This document shows positions 1-14,475 of a stretch of DNA of 64,000 nt, one piece after another. Under the pieces are notes generated by a model. The model saw nothing but the letters and a program-made list of their open reading frames with translations, did not search any database and was not told the DNA's origin. The position numbers and the translations under genes were made by a program. The first letter of the stretch is position 1, and every line of letters starts with the position of its first letter. Source of the DNA: Parasitella parasitica NRRL 2501 (Eukaryota > Fungi > Mucoromycota); contig MU619322.1 in NCBI GenBank assembly GCA_025201805.1, positions 1 through 64,000 on the forward strand. The letters run 5' to 3'.

Positions 1-209
1 ACTGAAGAGTAAAACATCAGATCATAAAATAATATGACATGACATTTGGGATAGAGACAATCTACCCTATCTCCCGGATCTCATCACTAAAACCTTTATC
101 CTCACATCGCTTCCCTCAGTTCATAGAAAGTATATAAACCCTCTATTTTTGAATGTAATAAACGGATCTTTACCTGATTAATTTCTACTTGAACTTTTCT
201 GATAAATCA
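1..209 (+). mobile_element. LTR, 3' part (truncated by window edge); same family as 54985-55286
   Basis: Shares collinear blocks with the 55-kb LTR: ATGACATGA..GATAGAGACAATCTAC, AGTATATAAACC (TATA), TGTAATAAACG.ATCTTTACCTGA (polyA signal) and the terminus TTCTGAYAAATCA. No TGG/PBS follows 209, so it is a 3' or solo LTR. Confidence 0.7.
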
Positions 210-510
210 CTTTGTATATACTTCATCATGGAAAAAATAATGAAATAATGCAGTTATGTACATATAGAGGTGTGCTTTTCATGATTTGAAACATTGCTCT
301 TAACGTCTTCTAAAGAAGGCGTAGAACCGCGATGATCCAGCGCTATGGAATAAAAAGACTTTTATGTATTAAAAATCGATATTTACAAAGTTATGATTTG
401 AAAACTGCATTTTTTATTTGACAAATACATATAAACGCGAAGGCTGTTTTTTTGTTGTTGATATATGAAGGAAATAATATCAACTTGTACTTACATAACA
501 ATTCGTAGGA

Positions 511-1988
511 TCATTTCCAATCATCATCTGAAAAGTCGGAATCATCGCTCTGCATTAAAGCAATTTTTCTTTGTTGAAGTGCGGCAGCAAGACTAGATGT
601 CATATTATTTTTAATATGAGAGCTATTTTGAGAGAAGTTTCCAGCAGCGGCAGCAGATTCTGAAAGTTTTATAATTGCAGGTTTTAGTGATCCATCTCTC
701 GTCAATGATCGAAAGCCTCCAGTAGATCGAATGGCCGCCATCAAATTACTTCGGTTATCGCTAACAACTAATTTGGGACATAAACTACCAGTAGCTGTAA
801 GCATTGAAGGGAAAGGGGGAGGCGGCGGTGGAGGTGCCTCTGCGCCATTTGATATACGTAAACTTGTAGCGGGAGAAAGAGTTGCTGATGGTGCTGGTGG
901 AGCCTTGCCCATAGAAGTTGGCGCTTCTGAAGGAATAGAAGATGATTGACGTATACCTCTACATGGAACCGGAGGTGGTGGTGATGATCTATGAGTAATG
1001 AGGTATGGCCTGTTCACTAAAGGAGGGATCGGTGGAGGGGAAGGAGTTTTTTCAGATATGTTTTGCGATAAAGGAGGAAGTCGAGGTTGACCCCTTCTAT
1101 CTGTTGAGCGATTTAGAAATGAGAAGGAGGGCCTTTCAGCCTCATGATTTGTACATACTAGTCGACTTTTTCTTGCTGTGTCTATACTTTCTAATGAAAT
1201 CCTGGATAAAATCTTGGTTCTGATCTATATCAGCAGCCGAAAAATTTTCTAGTTTTTCTAATTCACGTAAGATCTCAAGAACCTCAGGGTCATCATTATC
1301 AACAGAAAATCCTCTCCCTGGTGTAAATTTTACTCGACCAACACTGCTATGTTAATTTTTCATTAATATGCTTGTTTCAGTGTCTATTGTATCTTGTTAT
1401 GTACCATTTTTGCTTGGTTCGGTCATTCTTTAGCGTGATAGAATCTCGATTAAGGACTTTGTTATAAAAATCATCTGCTTCCCCTTGATGGACAAAAAGA
1501 ATGCCGGCTAAGCAATCCTATAAGTTTTGGTTTCAATACACATTGTAAATAAAATCAAGCAGCATACATCTGTTTGAAACGAATGTAAAAATGAGCACTC
1601 TTTTGTATAGCCAAATCCAATGTATAACTCCTGTTCCCATATAACGCCTCGGTTATTCTAATCGAGTAAAAAATCAGCAACTTGTCAGATGAATAATTCG
1701 TGATTTTACATACTTCCATGTCAATGAGCCTCAAAAAACAAGAATCGTTTTTGTTACGATCTCTGCAGAATGCCATGGCACCCCACAATCCAGAATATCT
1801 CCAGTTTGTTTCATCATTAAAGACCAAGTAAAGACGAGCGACTGCGGCTGTGAAGATATTCTATGATTTTGCTTAACAAATTCAGGCACAACTAACTAGA
1901 TCCAGTTACTTCAAACACTCACTGATGTTGGCAGAGCGTTTCTGACAATCTTCTTATCCTCTACTCTCGGAAGAGTAGCTGATTTCAT
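511..1988 (-). CDS. LAS17: WASP/Las17-family actin nucleation-promoting factor (multi-exon)
   Basis: Spliced exons give a WH1 domain (MKSATLP..IFTAAVARLY..WRYSGLWGAMAF..FLRLIDME..VIWEQELY), poly-Pro tracts, WH2 (RSNLMAAIRSTGG) and an acidic Arp2/3-binding tail DDSDFSDDDWK*. Confidence 0.88.
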
Positions 1989-2496
1989 ACTAGTGCAGTT
2001 AAAGAAAATAAAGTTAGAGAAAAGATAAAACTCCAACGTGTATCATTTCCCAAAAAATTAAGATGCTTCCTACCATATGGAATTCAGGTCAGCATTTTGC
2101 GGATGTCTAATTGACTTGGTCTAATATTGGTAACGAGTCTCCTTTGCATAGCTTCAAACAAACAAAAACGAGGCCGATTGATATTTTGACCGAAAAATAG
2201 CTTTCTAGTGCTCATCATGCAACAGAAACAAACAATTTGATTGTTCTCGTGCTAGGACGAGCGGAAAAAATATATTTGGGAGAAAACAACTCTAATTCCA
2301 TGATAAATGTGACACAAATGACAGGAAAAAAAAAAAAAAGACGCTCAGCAATTGTAATTACTATTCTTTTTTCTGCTTTCTTTCCTTGTTCAATTTGCTC
2401 TGTACAGTCTCTCGTTAACAAAGCCGTAAGTTTAGAAAAGATATGAAATTTCAATCTGATCTCATAAATTTATAAATTTGAAAATCAGTGCTAGAA

Positions 2497-4524
2497 ATGA
2501 CCATTGCTACATTGCCAGAGGGTGATTACCAACATTCAGAAGAAGCCAAATCCAATGTAGATAAAGCAGCTTTCTACACACTTGATTTTGAACAGTTATC
2601 GATAAAAGAGATTCCTGAGAACACTACTCAAATCAACCAGAACTCACCTCCAAAAAAAATATACACCGACTCGACTCTTGTACAAAAGCCTGATGAGATT
2701 CGATCTGCTGTCTCTGGTGCTCAAAGAGAAAACACAGCCGCTAATAATAGTGCATTGCCTCCATCGCCAACTGCCGGTGCACTGAATATGGCTCATCATT
2801 CCCCACATCAGTCGCCTTCACTCCAACATACAAGGCCTTCTCAGACACAACGGCAGCCGCAATCACCTTCGTTTCAAAATATGCGACCTATTCAGCCACA
2901 GCAGCAGCAGCCGAATTCGCCTACTGCTCAACATGTTCAACCACTGAGTTATTCTCCTTCATTTCAGGGTGTAAGACTGCAGCATTCGCCCTCAATGCAA
3001 GTAAGACCTCATTACAATTACAATAGCAATCTTGTAAATAGACAGCCTTCCGCCATGTATCATTCTCAACAACAACAATATCAATATAGGCCAGCTGCAC
3101 CATTGTCGCCACACTCTTCCATAGTGTCGCATCAAGGAATGTCCCCTCCACTTCCAATGTTACCTCAGCAACACATGAATCATAATAGACCTCCTCCAAC
3201 CCAAAAGAGCTATTACCAAAGCTATGGTGTCGCGAGACCTGTTATGCAGCCACCACAGCACAGTTTCAATCAAATGGGAGGACCGCCTTCAATTGCGCCT
3301 ACAGACAATAGCTATTTAGCCGATAGTTCATTATCCGTAGCCAATTCGGCAGGGAAGAGACCTAAAAAGAGCCAGTATCCTCCTGCGACCAAGGAAAACT
3401 TGGAAATGTTTCGCAATGAGGCCAGCAAAGGGGATCCACGAGCATCCTTAAATCTTGCCAAATTTTTACTAGAGGCAACTAATCAGCTATGCACGAACGA
3501 GCAAGATCCCAAACGGACGAAAAAGGCACGCGATAACATGGTTGCCGAAGCCCATAAAATTGTCAAAAAGTTGGCTACTCATTCGGGCATGGGAAAACAA
3601 GGCTACCCCGAGGCTCAGTTCTTCCTTGCCAATGCTTATGGAACTGGCAGCATGGGTTTACAGACTGACGCCGAGAAGGCCTTTTCACTGTATATACAAG
3701 GTTCAAAGCAAAATCATCCAGGATGCACTTTTAGAGCTGCTGTTTGCTACGAGGTCGGTGCTGGCACCAAGAGGGATAAAAATCATGCCATGCAATTCTA
3801 TAGAAAGGCAGCTAATCTAGGCGATAATGTTGCCATGTACAAACTTGGTATGATTCTGCTAAAAGGCTTTTTAAATCAGCCAAAAAACCCTAGAGAAGGT
3901 ATTTCTTGGTTGAAACGTGCTTCTCAAGAGGCGGATGAGGATCATCCCCACGCATTGCACGAACTTGGTTTAGCCTATGAGAAAGAAGGCATTCCCTCGG
4001 TTATTCCAGATCTTAACTATGCACGTGAGCTGTTCACACAGGCGGCTCAGTACGGCTATGCTCCCTCTCAATTCAAGTTGGGTTTGGCTTATGAAAACGG
4101 ATTTCTCAATTGCCCTGTTGATCCTCGTCGTTCGATTGCGTGGTATTCGAAAGCTGCTGAACAAGGTGATGTAGAAGCCGAATTTGCACTTTCTGGTTGG
4201 TACCTAACTGGCGCAGAGGGTGTCTTGCCTCAGAGTGACAATGAAGCATATTTATGGGCTCGCAAAGCCGCTGATCGTGGTATTGCAAAGGCCGAATACG
4301 CTGTGGGCTATTACACGGAAACTGGCACTGGAGTACGACAAAATCTAGACGAGGCCAAGCGCTGGTATATGCGCGCTGCAGCGCAAAATTATCGCAGAGC
4401 AATGCAGCGTTTGACAGAACTCAAATACAGCGGTGCTGGGCCTCAGCAAAGACGTCAACACACTCGCGACGGTATAAATACATCTTCCACTAATTCAAAG
4501 GACTCTGAATGCACCATCATGTAA
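2497..4524 (+). CDS. SKT5: SEL1-repeat chitin synthase activator (Chs4/Skt5-like), intronless, C-terminal CaaX
   Basis: Q/P-rich N-terminus; multiple SEL1 repeats (YPEAQFFLAN, AMYKLGMILLKG, SQFKLGLAYENG, AEFALSGWYLTGAEGVL, AEYAVGYYTETG); ends CTIM*. First ATG at 2497. Confidence 0.88.
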   Translation: MTIATLPEGDYQHSEEAKSNVDKAAFYTLDFEQLSIKEIPENTTQINQNSPPKKIYTDSTLVQKPDEIRSAVSGAQRENTAANNSALPPSPTAGALNMAHHSPHQSPSLQHTRPSQTQRQPQSPSFQNMRPIQPQQQQPNSPTAQHVQPLSYSPSFQGVRLQHSPSMQVRPHYNYNSNLVNRQPSAMYHSQQQQYQYRPAAPLSPHSSIVSHQGMSPPLPMLPQQHMNHNRPPPTQKSYYQSYGVARPVMQPPQHSFNQMGGPPSIAPTDNSYLADSSLSVANSAGKRPKKSQYPPATKENLEMFRNEASKGDPRASLNLAKFLLEATNQLCTNEQDPKRTKKARDNMVAEAHKIVKKLATHSGMGKQGYPEAQFFLANAYGTGSMGLQTDAEKAFSLYIQGSKQNHPGCTFRAAVCYEVGAGTKRDKNHAMQFYRKAANLGDNVAMYKLGMILLKGFLNQPKNPREGISWLKRASQEADEDHPHALHELGLAYEKEGIPSVIPDLNYARELFTQAAQYGYAPSQFKLGLAYENGFLNCPVDPRRSIAWYSKAAEQGDVEAEFALSGWYLTGAEGVLPQSDNEAYLWARKAADRGIAKAEYAVGYYTETGTGVRQNLDEAKRWYMRAAAQNYRRAMQRLTELKYSGAGPQQRRQHTRDGINTSSTNSKDSECTIM

Positions 4525-4624
4525 AATTGGCTGAATATAGTTGATTTTAATTATTTGCAGCATTCACAACAGTGATAATTAATAAATAAACAAATTGGGT
4601 ATATTTATATTTGTTGAAAAGCAT

Positions 4625-6272
<1,648 letters not shown>

Positions 6273-6507
6273 TTTTCTTTTTTGGTAAAGAATTGCAAAA
6301 GTGATAGAAGGGGGAGGAGGGGTGGAAGATACGAAAAAATTATAAAGGATTTAGAAACTCAAATCTTTGTGCCACACATTTCAGGTGAATGTATCTGTAA
6401 GACCAGTAATTGGGAATTAGCTGTACAATGACGTTAAATTGTCTCCCTACCGCTTTCGATTTACGCAAGTGGTAAAGATGCGATTTTCTCTGCAAGCTTT
6501 AGATATA

Positions 6508-6540
6508 AGAAAAGAAAGAAAGAAAGAAAGAAAGAAAAAA
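6508..6540 (+). repeat. (AAAG)n microsatellite
   Basis: About six AAAG units between the MAPK start and the IQGAP stop. Confidence 0.8.
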
Positions 6541-6594
6541 GCCTTTTATTTATAACATGGATATCTATCAAGTTGCCCGTGCAAATCAGTAGAA

Positions 6595-7860
6595 CTACGC
6601 ATAAAATCTAGAAAAAAATTAGGATCGTAGGCATTATTGGTAAGTAAGCAACTTACTTTTTGTTAATAAGATATATCAGCAAGTTCACATTCACTTTAGC
6701 CATTCCATCAAGGACAATTGCTGTTTTCACGCCTTCAAACTGTGTTTGTAGCAATTCCTCGTAACGCATATCCACCTGCACAGACGACATTGGCCAACCT
6801 GAGTAGCTTCCTTCAATAGTAATGATGCCCGCTTGATCCATGGATAAGATAATAGGGATTCTGTCATAGTGTCTCTTTGGAATATCCATCAATTCTAATA
6901 GCACGTTTCGCTCATGCAGCTGTTTAGCAGTGTACTTGTAAGATCCAAACTTGGGGACAAGGCCCAACTTTTGCAGCCCACGTATGTGGAAATACTGACG
7001 AGTAAAAGGGAAGATGAACTTTTGCTTCTTGCCTTTCTTGGTGGCCATGGCCGTCATGCAGCTGTTGAGATAGCCTTCATAAGAATTGCCTTGATCCAGC
7101 AGATAGTCTCGCTTCTCTCGTAAATGGCTCAAAGTCAGCTTCATGCGCGCTAGCTCTCTATCTCGCTGCGTACGTCTAGTGTTTTTCCCGGTGATATCAC
7201 GAGCAATCATATTGATGACATCTTGGTAGGCATTGTTGTTGGCAATAACTTTGCATCTTTCCAAATGAACGACTAGTCGATTTGCAATGCTCTTGAGTTG
7301 GAAAAACGAGATTGTCTGTAAATCCAACGGAGGCTCTGATTGTCCCAGTTGCAGATGTCGTCTCTTGCTGATAATCGTGCGGTCCTCTTTGGTCTCTGCA
7401 AACTCTTCTGCTTTGAGCTTGTTCCAAGCAGTTTCGTTTTCAGGCGTGATTGGATTTTGAAAGATATGCGCTAAATCACGGCCAGTCTGTATTTTGATTA
7501 CATAAACGACTAATCGTTTAGTGTCGACTAGCAATTGCTGAAGACGAGCTGTTGGATTCATTGGGATGTTGCCGCAGTGATTGGTAAGCGTTAAGCACAC
7601 CATGGACTCAGGTAGCTCAATGTCAGGACGGTAAGGCGAAGGGCCAATTTCATCCACAATATCATGCAAAATTCCAGCACCCTCAGGTTCAAGAGCATCT
7701 AAATTGTTTTGAAGGGTATAATGCAAATGGAATAGCTCGTTAGGAGACAGGTAGACAATCGGCTTGTGTGTGCTTGTTTGATCCGTGAGCGCATGCATGC
7801 CAAAGTAGCTCTCGGGGTCTTCAACATCGGTTACTGTAAAAAAAAAAAAANNNNNNNNNN

Positions 7861-7894
<34 letters not shown>

Positions 7895-10755
7895 AGAGTT
7901 AGGCTCATACTTTGATATTTCGTCTCTGCACACACTTACAGGCAAGAAACCATTCTCCAAACCTTTGCCCAGCATCTGCCACGTATTCATTTAATGGAGC
8001 CAAAAAGATATCATGCGCATCCTCAAATACAGATCCACTGGAGATGTGCTGCAACATTTTTGAGACCTGGTGTCAAGTTAGATATCGTCATTGTCCTTAG
8101 CAGCCTCTGTGTCACTTTACCTCTGCAAGGTTTTTTCGTTGCATGGGACTGATGATAGCATCAATGACATCGTATTGTTCAGGAGCACTGAAAACAGAAT
8201 TAGTATTAGACACGCTACGTTTTTTTATGTAGGGATACACAACTTACACAATAGCAGGGTTCAGGTACCGATAATAGATGAAATTGCCAATGATGCGGAT
8301 AATGCGCTCGTGAGGCTCCTTTGCAAAATTTTCCTCCAAAATCAAACGCAATTCTCTCGCAACAACGCGAATGCCGTAAGGAACCGTTTCCACAGTTGAA
8401 GTAATAGCAGCAAAGAACTTTTCAGTGATCTCACGTAAATTTCTCAAATGAATCACGAATGTATCTCGAACTTCTGCGTCTAAAAGAGCTTCTTGGGTCG
8501 TAACAGCGTGAGGTCTATTAGAAGGCATGCCGGTTCTCGACTCTTCATCATTGATGGCTTTATGGTAAATGCTAACAGGGTCTGTCTCTAGGTCTAAAAA
8601 GTCGTTTTGCACCACTTCATTCACGAGAGGACTGAGAAGAGTGCGGAAAAACTCGCGCTCTTTAGCACCACGGTTTGTTTGAACGACAAGCTTCATGAAA
8701 GTATAGTTTCCACGCATGAATTCCAAGGTACTCTCTACATCCTTCATCTCTTCAGCAATACAGTATTTGCAAAGATTAATCAGCAGATATTCCTCGCGCG
8801 TATTGGTAGCATAGCCAAACAGAGAAAGCACTGTAGATTCGACCAGCTTGTGGCTGGAATAGTCGCCTAGATCTTGCCTGTTTGTCATGGACAGCAGACG
8901 GGCCAAATACTTGGGCTCAGTTTGCAACAGGTAGATCAGTTGCTGGAATAGATCAAGGCGCTTTCTGCTTTCTTTGTCGATGCCAGTAAGCGAAAAAGGG
9001 TTTAATTGCTGGTTATTCACTGCGATTTCATGAATCATACGCTGCTGTTCCTTTTTCTTCTTGAAAGCGCCGTTATGTTTTAGTATTTCATCAATCGTAA
9101 TGGCATTCTTTAAAAACAATGCAATTTGGATGTCAAGCGAATTGATGTGGGCATCTAAATTGTTGTTATCCTTGATGTTTTCAATCACTTGTTGACGAAG
9201 GTCCTCCAAGGCCAGCTCTCTGTCAAAATCAAGGTCGCTGTCATCTAACAAGTGTATAAAACTCTTTACAGTGCCGATTGCAGGGTTTGTGTCGGTTGTC
9301 AGCTTTCGATATGCATTCTCCGCTAATTTAGTTTTGACAAAATTCTGAACTTTGATGACTTTGTCGATATTGGCATTGTAGTGATCCACGGTCTTCTTGT
9401 GCTCAAGCCTCTTGAGGTACCCTCGGCAAGTAGACTGAAGTTTGGCACTAAACTTTACTTGAGAAGCATAGACGCTCTTTTGGTGGGCAAATTGACTTTG
9501 AGCTAATTTGCCTCTGATATGAGCTTGTAATCGAGAAATCAGATGTGTGAACTCAGTAGAATGGTACAGATGATGCACTCTTTTGGCCTCTTTTCTAGCG
9601 AGAAATGTGCGGGCAATTGACTGACAGACACGAAGCTTGTCTTGATTCCTTTTATCTGACCAATATATCTCAAATAGTTCTTCTTCAGTTGTTGAGCTTT
9701 CAGATTGTTCAGACTCAGAAAACTCTTCCTCTTCTTCGATAATAAGATCTGGCACATTGATCATGTAATCATCATCTTCGTTTTGTCCGTTTTGTTCGTT
9801 TAGCTCTCTGCGCAAAGAAGACCCAACATTCTTGAAATTGGGCATGGCTACCCCAGACATATCCAAGTGGCGCTGGGTGGCGCTCAGTTCCTCATCTAAA
9901 CAAGCTATTAGAAAATATACGGACTAAAGCGCAAGCAGCATTCGACTTACTGGTGAATTGCAATTGTCCCAGCAGGTTCTTGATATTAGGAGCCAAGTTG
10001 CGCCTTGCGAGTAAATGACTACGACAGAAAAAGGCTTAGTATTACAATCATATGTCTTTTTTACACCCTGCCAGTTCACTAGGATTACCTCAGAGCATGA
10101 ATGCAGTAAATGACTTTTGGAATGTTCTTCTTTTCATACAAATCAGTCAGTTCAAACCAAAAGATTTGAGGCAGCCGTGCAACTTTTAATGCCTCAAAAA
10201 AGTAGTTGATATTGTCAGAATGTCGAAACTGCAGTTTTGTGTCCTATCGAATGCAGTGAGTTCAACATTCAAATTCATGCCTTGCAAACGTACCTGAAAT
10301 ATTTTGCGAACAATACCAGGCGCAAACCAATCGCCGAGTTTGGCAAGAACGATGCCGTTTCTCATCGACTCTTCCAGCTTGATAATCGGGTCAATTTCGT
10401 CCTGAAGACAGTCTTCGATCCATTCCTTGGCCTCGCCAATATGGCACAAGTATTCATAAGCCAAGAGGTTGCTTCTTTGTTTATCCATCCACTGGCTGTT
10501 TTGGACTTTATCGTCCTTTTGTAGCCGGATTCTTCCTGCAGTAGACTGTTAGTTTCGAGAAGCATGAGGCAAGATGGTTTAATGTACCTTGCATTCCTAC
10601 ATTATTCCCAGTTAGTCCTGATTCCGATTGACTTGCTAAAACTTACCGACAACATCTTGGGCATCCTCTGTGATAGTAGGTATATGTAAATCAGTCAGGC
10701 CTTTTTTACCTGCTATAATTGACAGTCTATTTAATGGTGAGGGTTGCAATGGCAT
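6595..10755 (-). CDS. IQG1: IQGAP (Iqg1/Rng2-like): CH, IQ, RasGAP-related and RGCT domains (multi-exon)
   Basis: LLAYEYLCHIGEAKEW, CH motifs FRHSDNINYF and LYEKKNIPKVIYCIHAL, IQ motifs (LQAHIRG, LQSTCRG, VQNFVK), GRD with YYRYLNPAIV, C-terminal FGSYKYTAKQL..VNVNLLIYLINKK|FYA*. The 5' start (10755) is tentative. An N gap at 7851-7860 lies in an intron. Confidence 0.9.
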
Positions 10756-11366
10756 TAATAGGCTGGTTAAAGATGATCTAAAAAAAACAAGAAAAATGAA
10801 GAGAAACAGCAAAAAAATTAGCCATAGTTTTATACTACCTGCATTCCTCATTTTTTTTTACATTTCAAAAAGCTGTTGTTAGCCTTGTTCATGCATCAAA
10901 TGATCTACAACTCAAGTGTTGTTTTGTTACTCTCTGGAACAAAAATATTAAAATAAAGAGGCATCTACATTTACTATTATATCACTATATCATACGATTA
11001 GGCTATACTCTACTCGTTTTTCAATCATATCTCAGTTTTTGACTATAGATTATAATTTTTTTTAGCCTTAATTTGATGAAATAGCCTTTATTTCTCATAC
11101 TTAGAGCAAAGTCAAAGAAACTGTCTACCCGACTACATACCTCTCCAGTTTAGAAATCGGAAGATTTACAGGACGCTTTACCAGAATTATAATCTACACC
11201 ATATTAATCGGTTAATATCATCACTAATACTACTCCATCAGTTTACATTCCTAGATGTAAATGAATTCACAGTTGATTTTGACTTTATATGACAAACCGA
11301 TGGTGCGGTAGTTTATTTCTTTTTAATTATTAGAAAAGTTTATTCATTCAAATGTATTTTCTCTCC

Positions 11367-11426
11367 TCTTCTTTTTTTTTTTTTTTTTTTTTTTTTTCTC
11401 TTTTTCTTTTTCTTTTTCTCTCTCTC
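11367..11426 (+). repeat. poly-T / CT low-complexity tract
   Basis: A long T run followed by (CTTTTT)n and (CT)n. Confidence 0.7.
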
Positions 11427-11610
11427 GTGTTCGACCAAACTCATGAGTTGTTTAAACTATAGATAACGAAAAATGAAAAAGAAAAAATAGGAATGATTGT
11501 ATTGTGTCAGTGTATCCGGTTGGAAAGAAAGGGTGATAATATATCGATGGATTTGTTGCGGAGAAAGAGAATAGAAGATACAGAAACAAAAAGAATTTAT
11601 ATATGATTGT

Positions 11611-14013
11611 TTAAGCTGCAAAGATGCTGTTAGTACCAGTATTTATCACAAGTTGCTACACATACCATTGCTTTCCAAAGCTCTTGTAGCAAAAAACTTG
11701 ACATCGACATCTTCGTCTGTGCTTAGCTTTTCAAGAGTAGGTTTGACAGAGCTTGCAACGAGCTCAGTTGTGCTGGAATCTTTTTTCAATAATGGTATCA
11801 AAGTCTCCAATGATTTTGCAACGTTAAAACGAATGTTGGGAATAGGATCTTTTGACATTTCTGTGATTGTAGGGAGGATAGAGTCTTTAACCATTAAAGG
11901 AGGCAAAGCTTCAGCCATTGTCTATACGAAGAATCATGAGTTTTTCCGTCCCTGTTTTTTTTTTACATGGCCTCCGCTTACAGTCAATGCAAAAATAGTA
12001 GTCATTCTATGCAAATAGTTTTCATCAGTTGTCATTTTCATCACTTCAGGAATGATGGCTGTCTTTGCCCATTCGGCACCAAAAACTTCAGTCAGCTTCA
12101 TTAAATTTACAGTAGCAGCTTCACGGATAGAAAAGACCAGATCACGAAGCCAAGACATGCACAGCTCAAGAAGTTTTTCCTCAAAGAACTTGGAGCCAAA
12201 TTGTTTGGCTAAGAGTGGAATATATTCAATGATAGCCAAACGGATACGCCATTGCTTGTCTTCGGAGAGTTCGACAATGGCAGGAAGTAATGCTTGGGAT
12301 ACACGTTCAATGCCAATAGCTACATGGGATTGTTGAGTGTGAATTCGTTGATGAACATCCTCTGGTTGTATCCACAACTTTTACCTTTGTTGATAGTTTC
12401 CAGATTAGAAATGACATTCAAACGAACATCAGGAAACTCATCCGTCAATTGCTGCAAAAATAAGGGCAACAAGTATTCCATAGTTCTATATCACAGAAAA
12501 GAAATTAAGTTGAACATCCTCGAAATGGTGCTGCAATCACCTACGCGTCTTGTCCAATGATGGGTGCAAGACCACTGATATCCTTGGCAAGTGCAGCACG
12601 GGCATGCTGATTCTCATCTGTAACAAGTAGCTTGACGCAAGGTAAAAGGTCGTCGAGAATCACGGATTTATCAACCGACTTGGCATAGCCAGGAACCTGA
12701 CTAGCAGCAGCGGTTCTGACTTCGCCTTCTGTATCCTTCAACATGCTGACAAAAGCCGTGGTGAAATTTTCTCTAGCAATGTCCTGTCCAAATGCATTCG
12801 CAAGCTATGCAATTTTCGTTGTCAAAATACGAAATGCGATTTCCTCGGCAGCAAAAAAAAAGGGGAGGGGGGGGGGAGAGAGAGCGCTTACCTCGACATA
12901 TTTGGAAGCAACCATATATCTGACTCTCCAAGCCTTGTCGCCAGCCAAAGAAATGAAACGAGGTAATAAAACAGCCTTCTTTTGCTCTTGTGGAAGCTTG
13001 TTGGCAAGCGCAACCAAAACTTCAACTGTTAAAAGGCGAACAGAGTCTTGGTTGTCTTCAGATAATTTTTCAAACAATGGAAGAATATCATTTGGAGAGA
13101 TTTGGCCGACAAGGTCCTGGTGTTTTAAATGAGTCAATACATCAGGCCTCGACTAGCTGCAGCAAATCCAACTTACTACTAGTGCCTTTGCGGCAGATCG
13201 TCTGACCATTGGGCTGTCATCCTCCGCTAATTGTTTGAATAAACTATGCATACAGACAAATCAGACATCGTTCAAGACTAGCAGCGCATTAGTAACTCAC
13301 GTTTTCAGCTCTGCTCGAAGAGGATCCGAGGCTCTTTTGAATGCAGCAACATAAAGGCCAGTAGCAGAAGTTCTGCTGGTAAACCAATCTCCTACTGTCA
13401 GTCGCTTGAGGAGAGGAATAAAGTATTTCTCAAGGTGATCCTCGGGTAAAACGGCAGCAATGTGACAGAGAGAGGCAACCGCCTTTTTTTTAAAAGAAAA
13501 AAAAAAGAAAGAAAAAAAAGAAAGAAAATGTTGGGAACAGCTGCAAGCATCAAAGCGCATTAATAGTTTACCTTGTCTCTGACTGTTGCTTCCTCGACAG
13601 CAGCGATATTTTCCAGTGGAGGCAATAGATAATAGGCGTACTCTTTGCCACCCACAGCATCAACAAGCTTACCTAATTCCTCAGCCAAGGCCAACAAAAC
13701 GTCGTCCTCATCGTCAATGGACTCTGTTTTTTAAAATAATAAATACGCAAATCCAAAAACACGTTAAATAACAAACAACACTACCTTGAAGGAAAGGGAC
13801 CAGCTCAGTTCTGGTCCTCTCGACACCGAGGGCATTGGAAATAATGTCGAGCTTCTTTATAGAGTTGAGTCTCAAGACAACATCTTCGTGCTTCAGTTCG
13901 TCTATCAGTGTAGCAACATTGCTGATTTCTTGACTGATAGCGGGAGGATCTTCGTCCATAAATTCAGCAGGTGGGACTGAGGTATTAGTATCAATATCCA
14001 TATCTGTAGGCAT
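11611..14013 (-). CDS. TPD3: PP2A scaffold (A/PR65) subunit, HEAT repeats (multi-exon)
   Basis: [96 protein letters not shown]. Last intron 11616-11665 gives ..ESNA*. Confidence 0.95.
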
Positions 14014-14475
14014 CTTTCTTCAACAAATAAAATGTTTGATTTTCGTATATAAGAATATATATAACAAGAGAAGGGGAAAAGGATGAAAAACAAACAAGAT
14101 GAACGAAGCGCAATTATATTTTTTAAAAAAAAAGCGAGTCAGTGCCATGACGTGTATAGCATAGCAAAGCTCGCAAGACAATCAAAGGTTTGAGCGCTTG
14201 CCACTTGGGGCCTTGTCTATAGACGGTTTGATCTGTGGTACTAGCGCCCGTTTGCCCTGTTTATCAGACAGAGTCTTGCTTTACTCATCATGTTTCACAC
14301 GAAACAGCTACTAGTCTCAAGCATCCGCTAGTACTTTCAGATGTTCCCATTGTACATGTGCGTTTTATGCTGGATCAGCCAAATTTACCACTATGACTCT
14401 ATAATATAAAAGCGTAGAAACATTTGATTTCACGTTTATTGTTACTATTTCTAACAGGATATCGACATGTATAAA

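Noticed and set aside
7851-7860. N run inside IQGAP (a similar one at 17503-17542)
   Set aside because: Assembly gaps in homopolymer tracts; the poly-F/poly-K ORF segments across them are artefacts.
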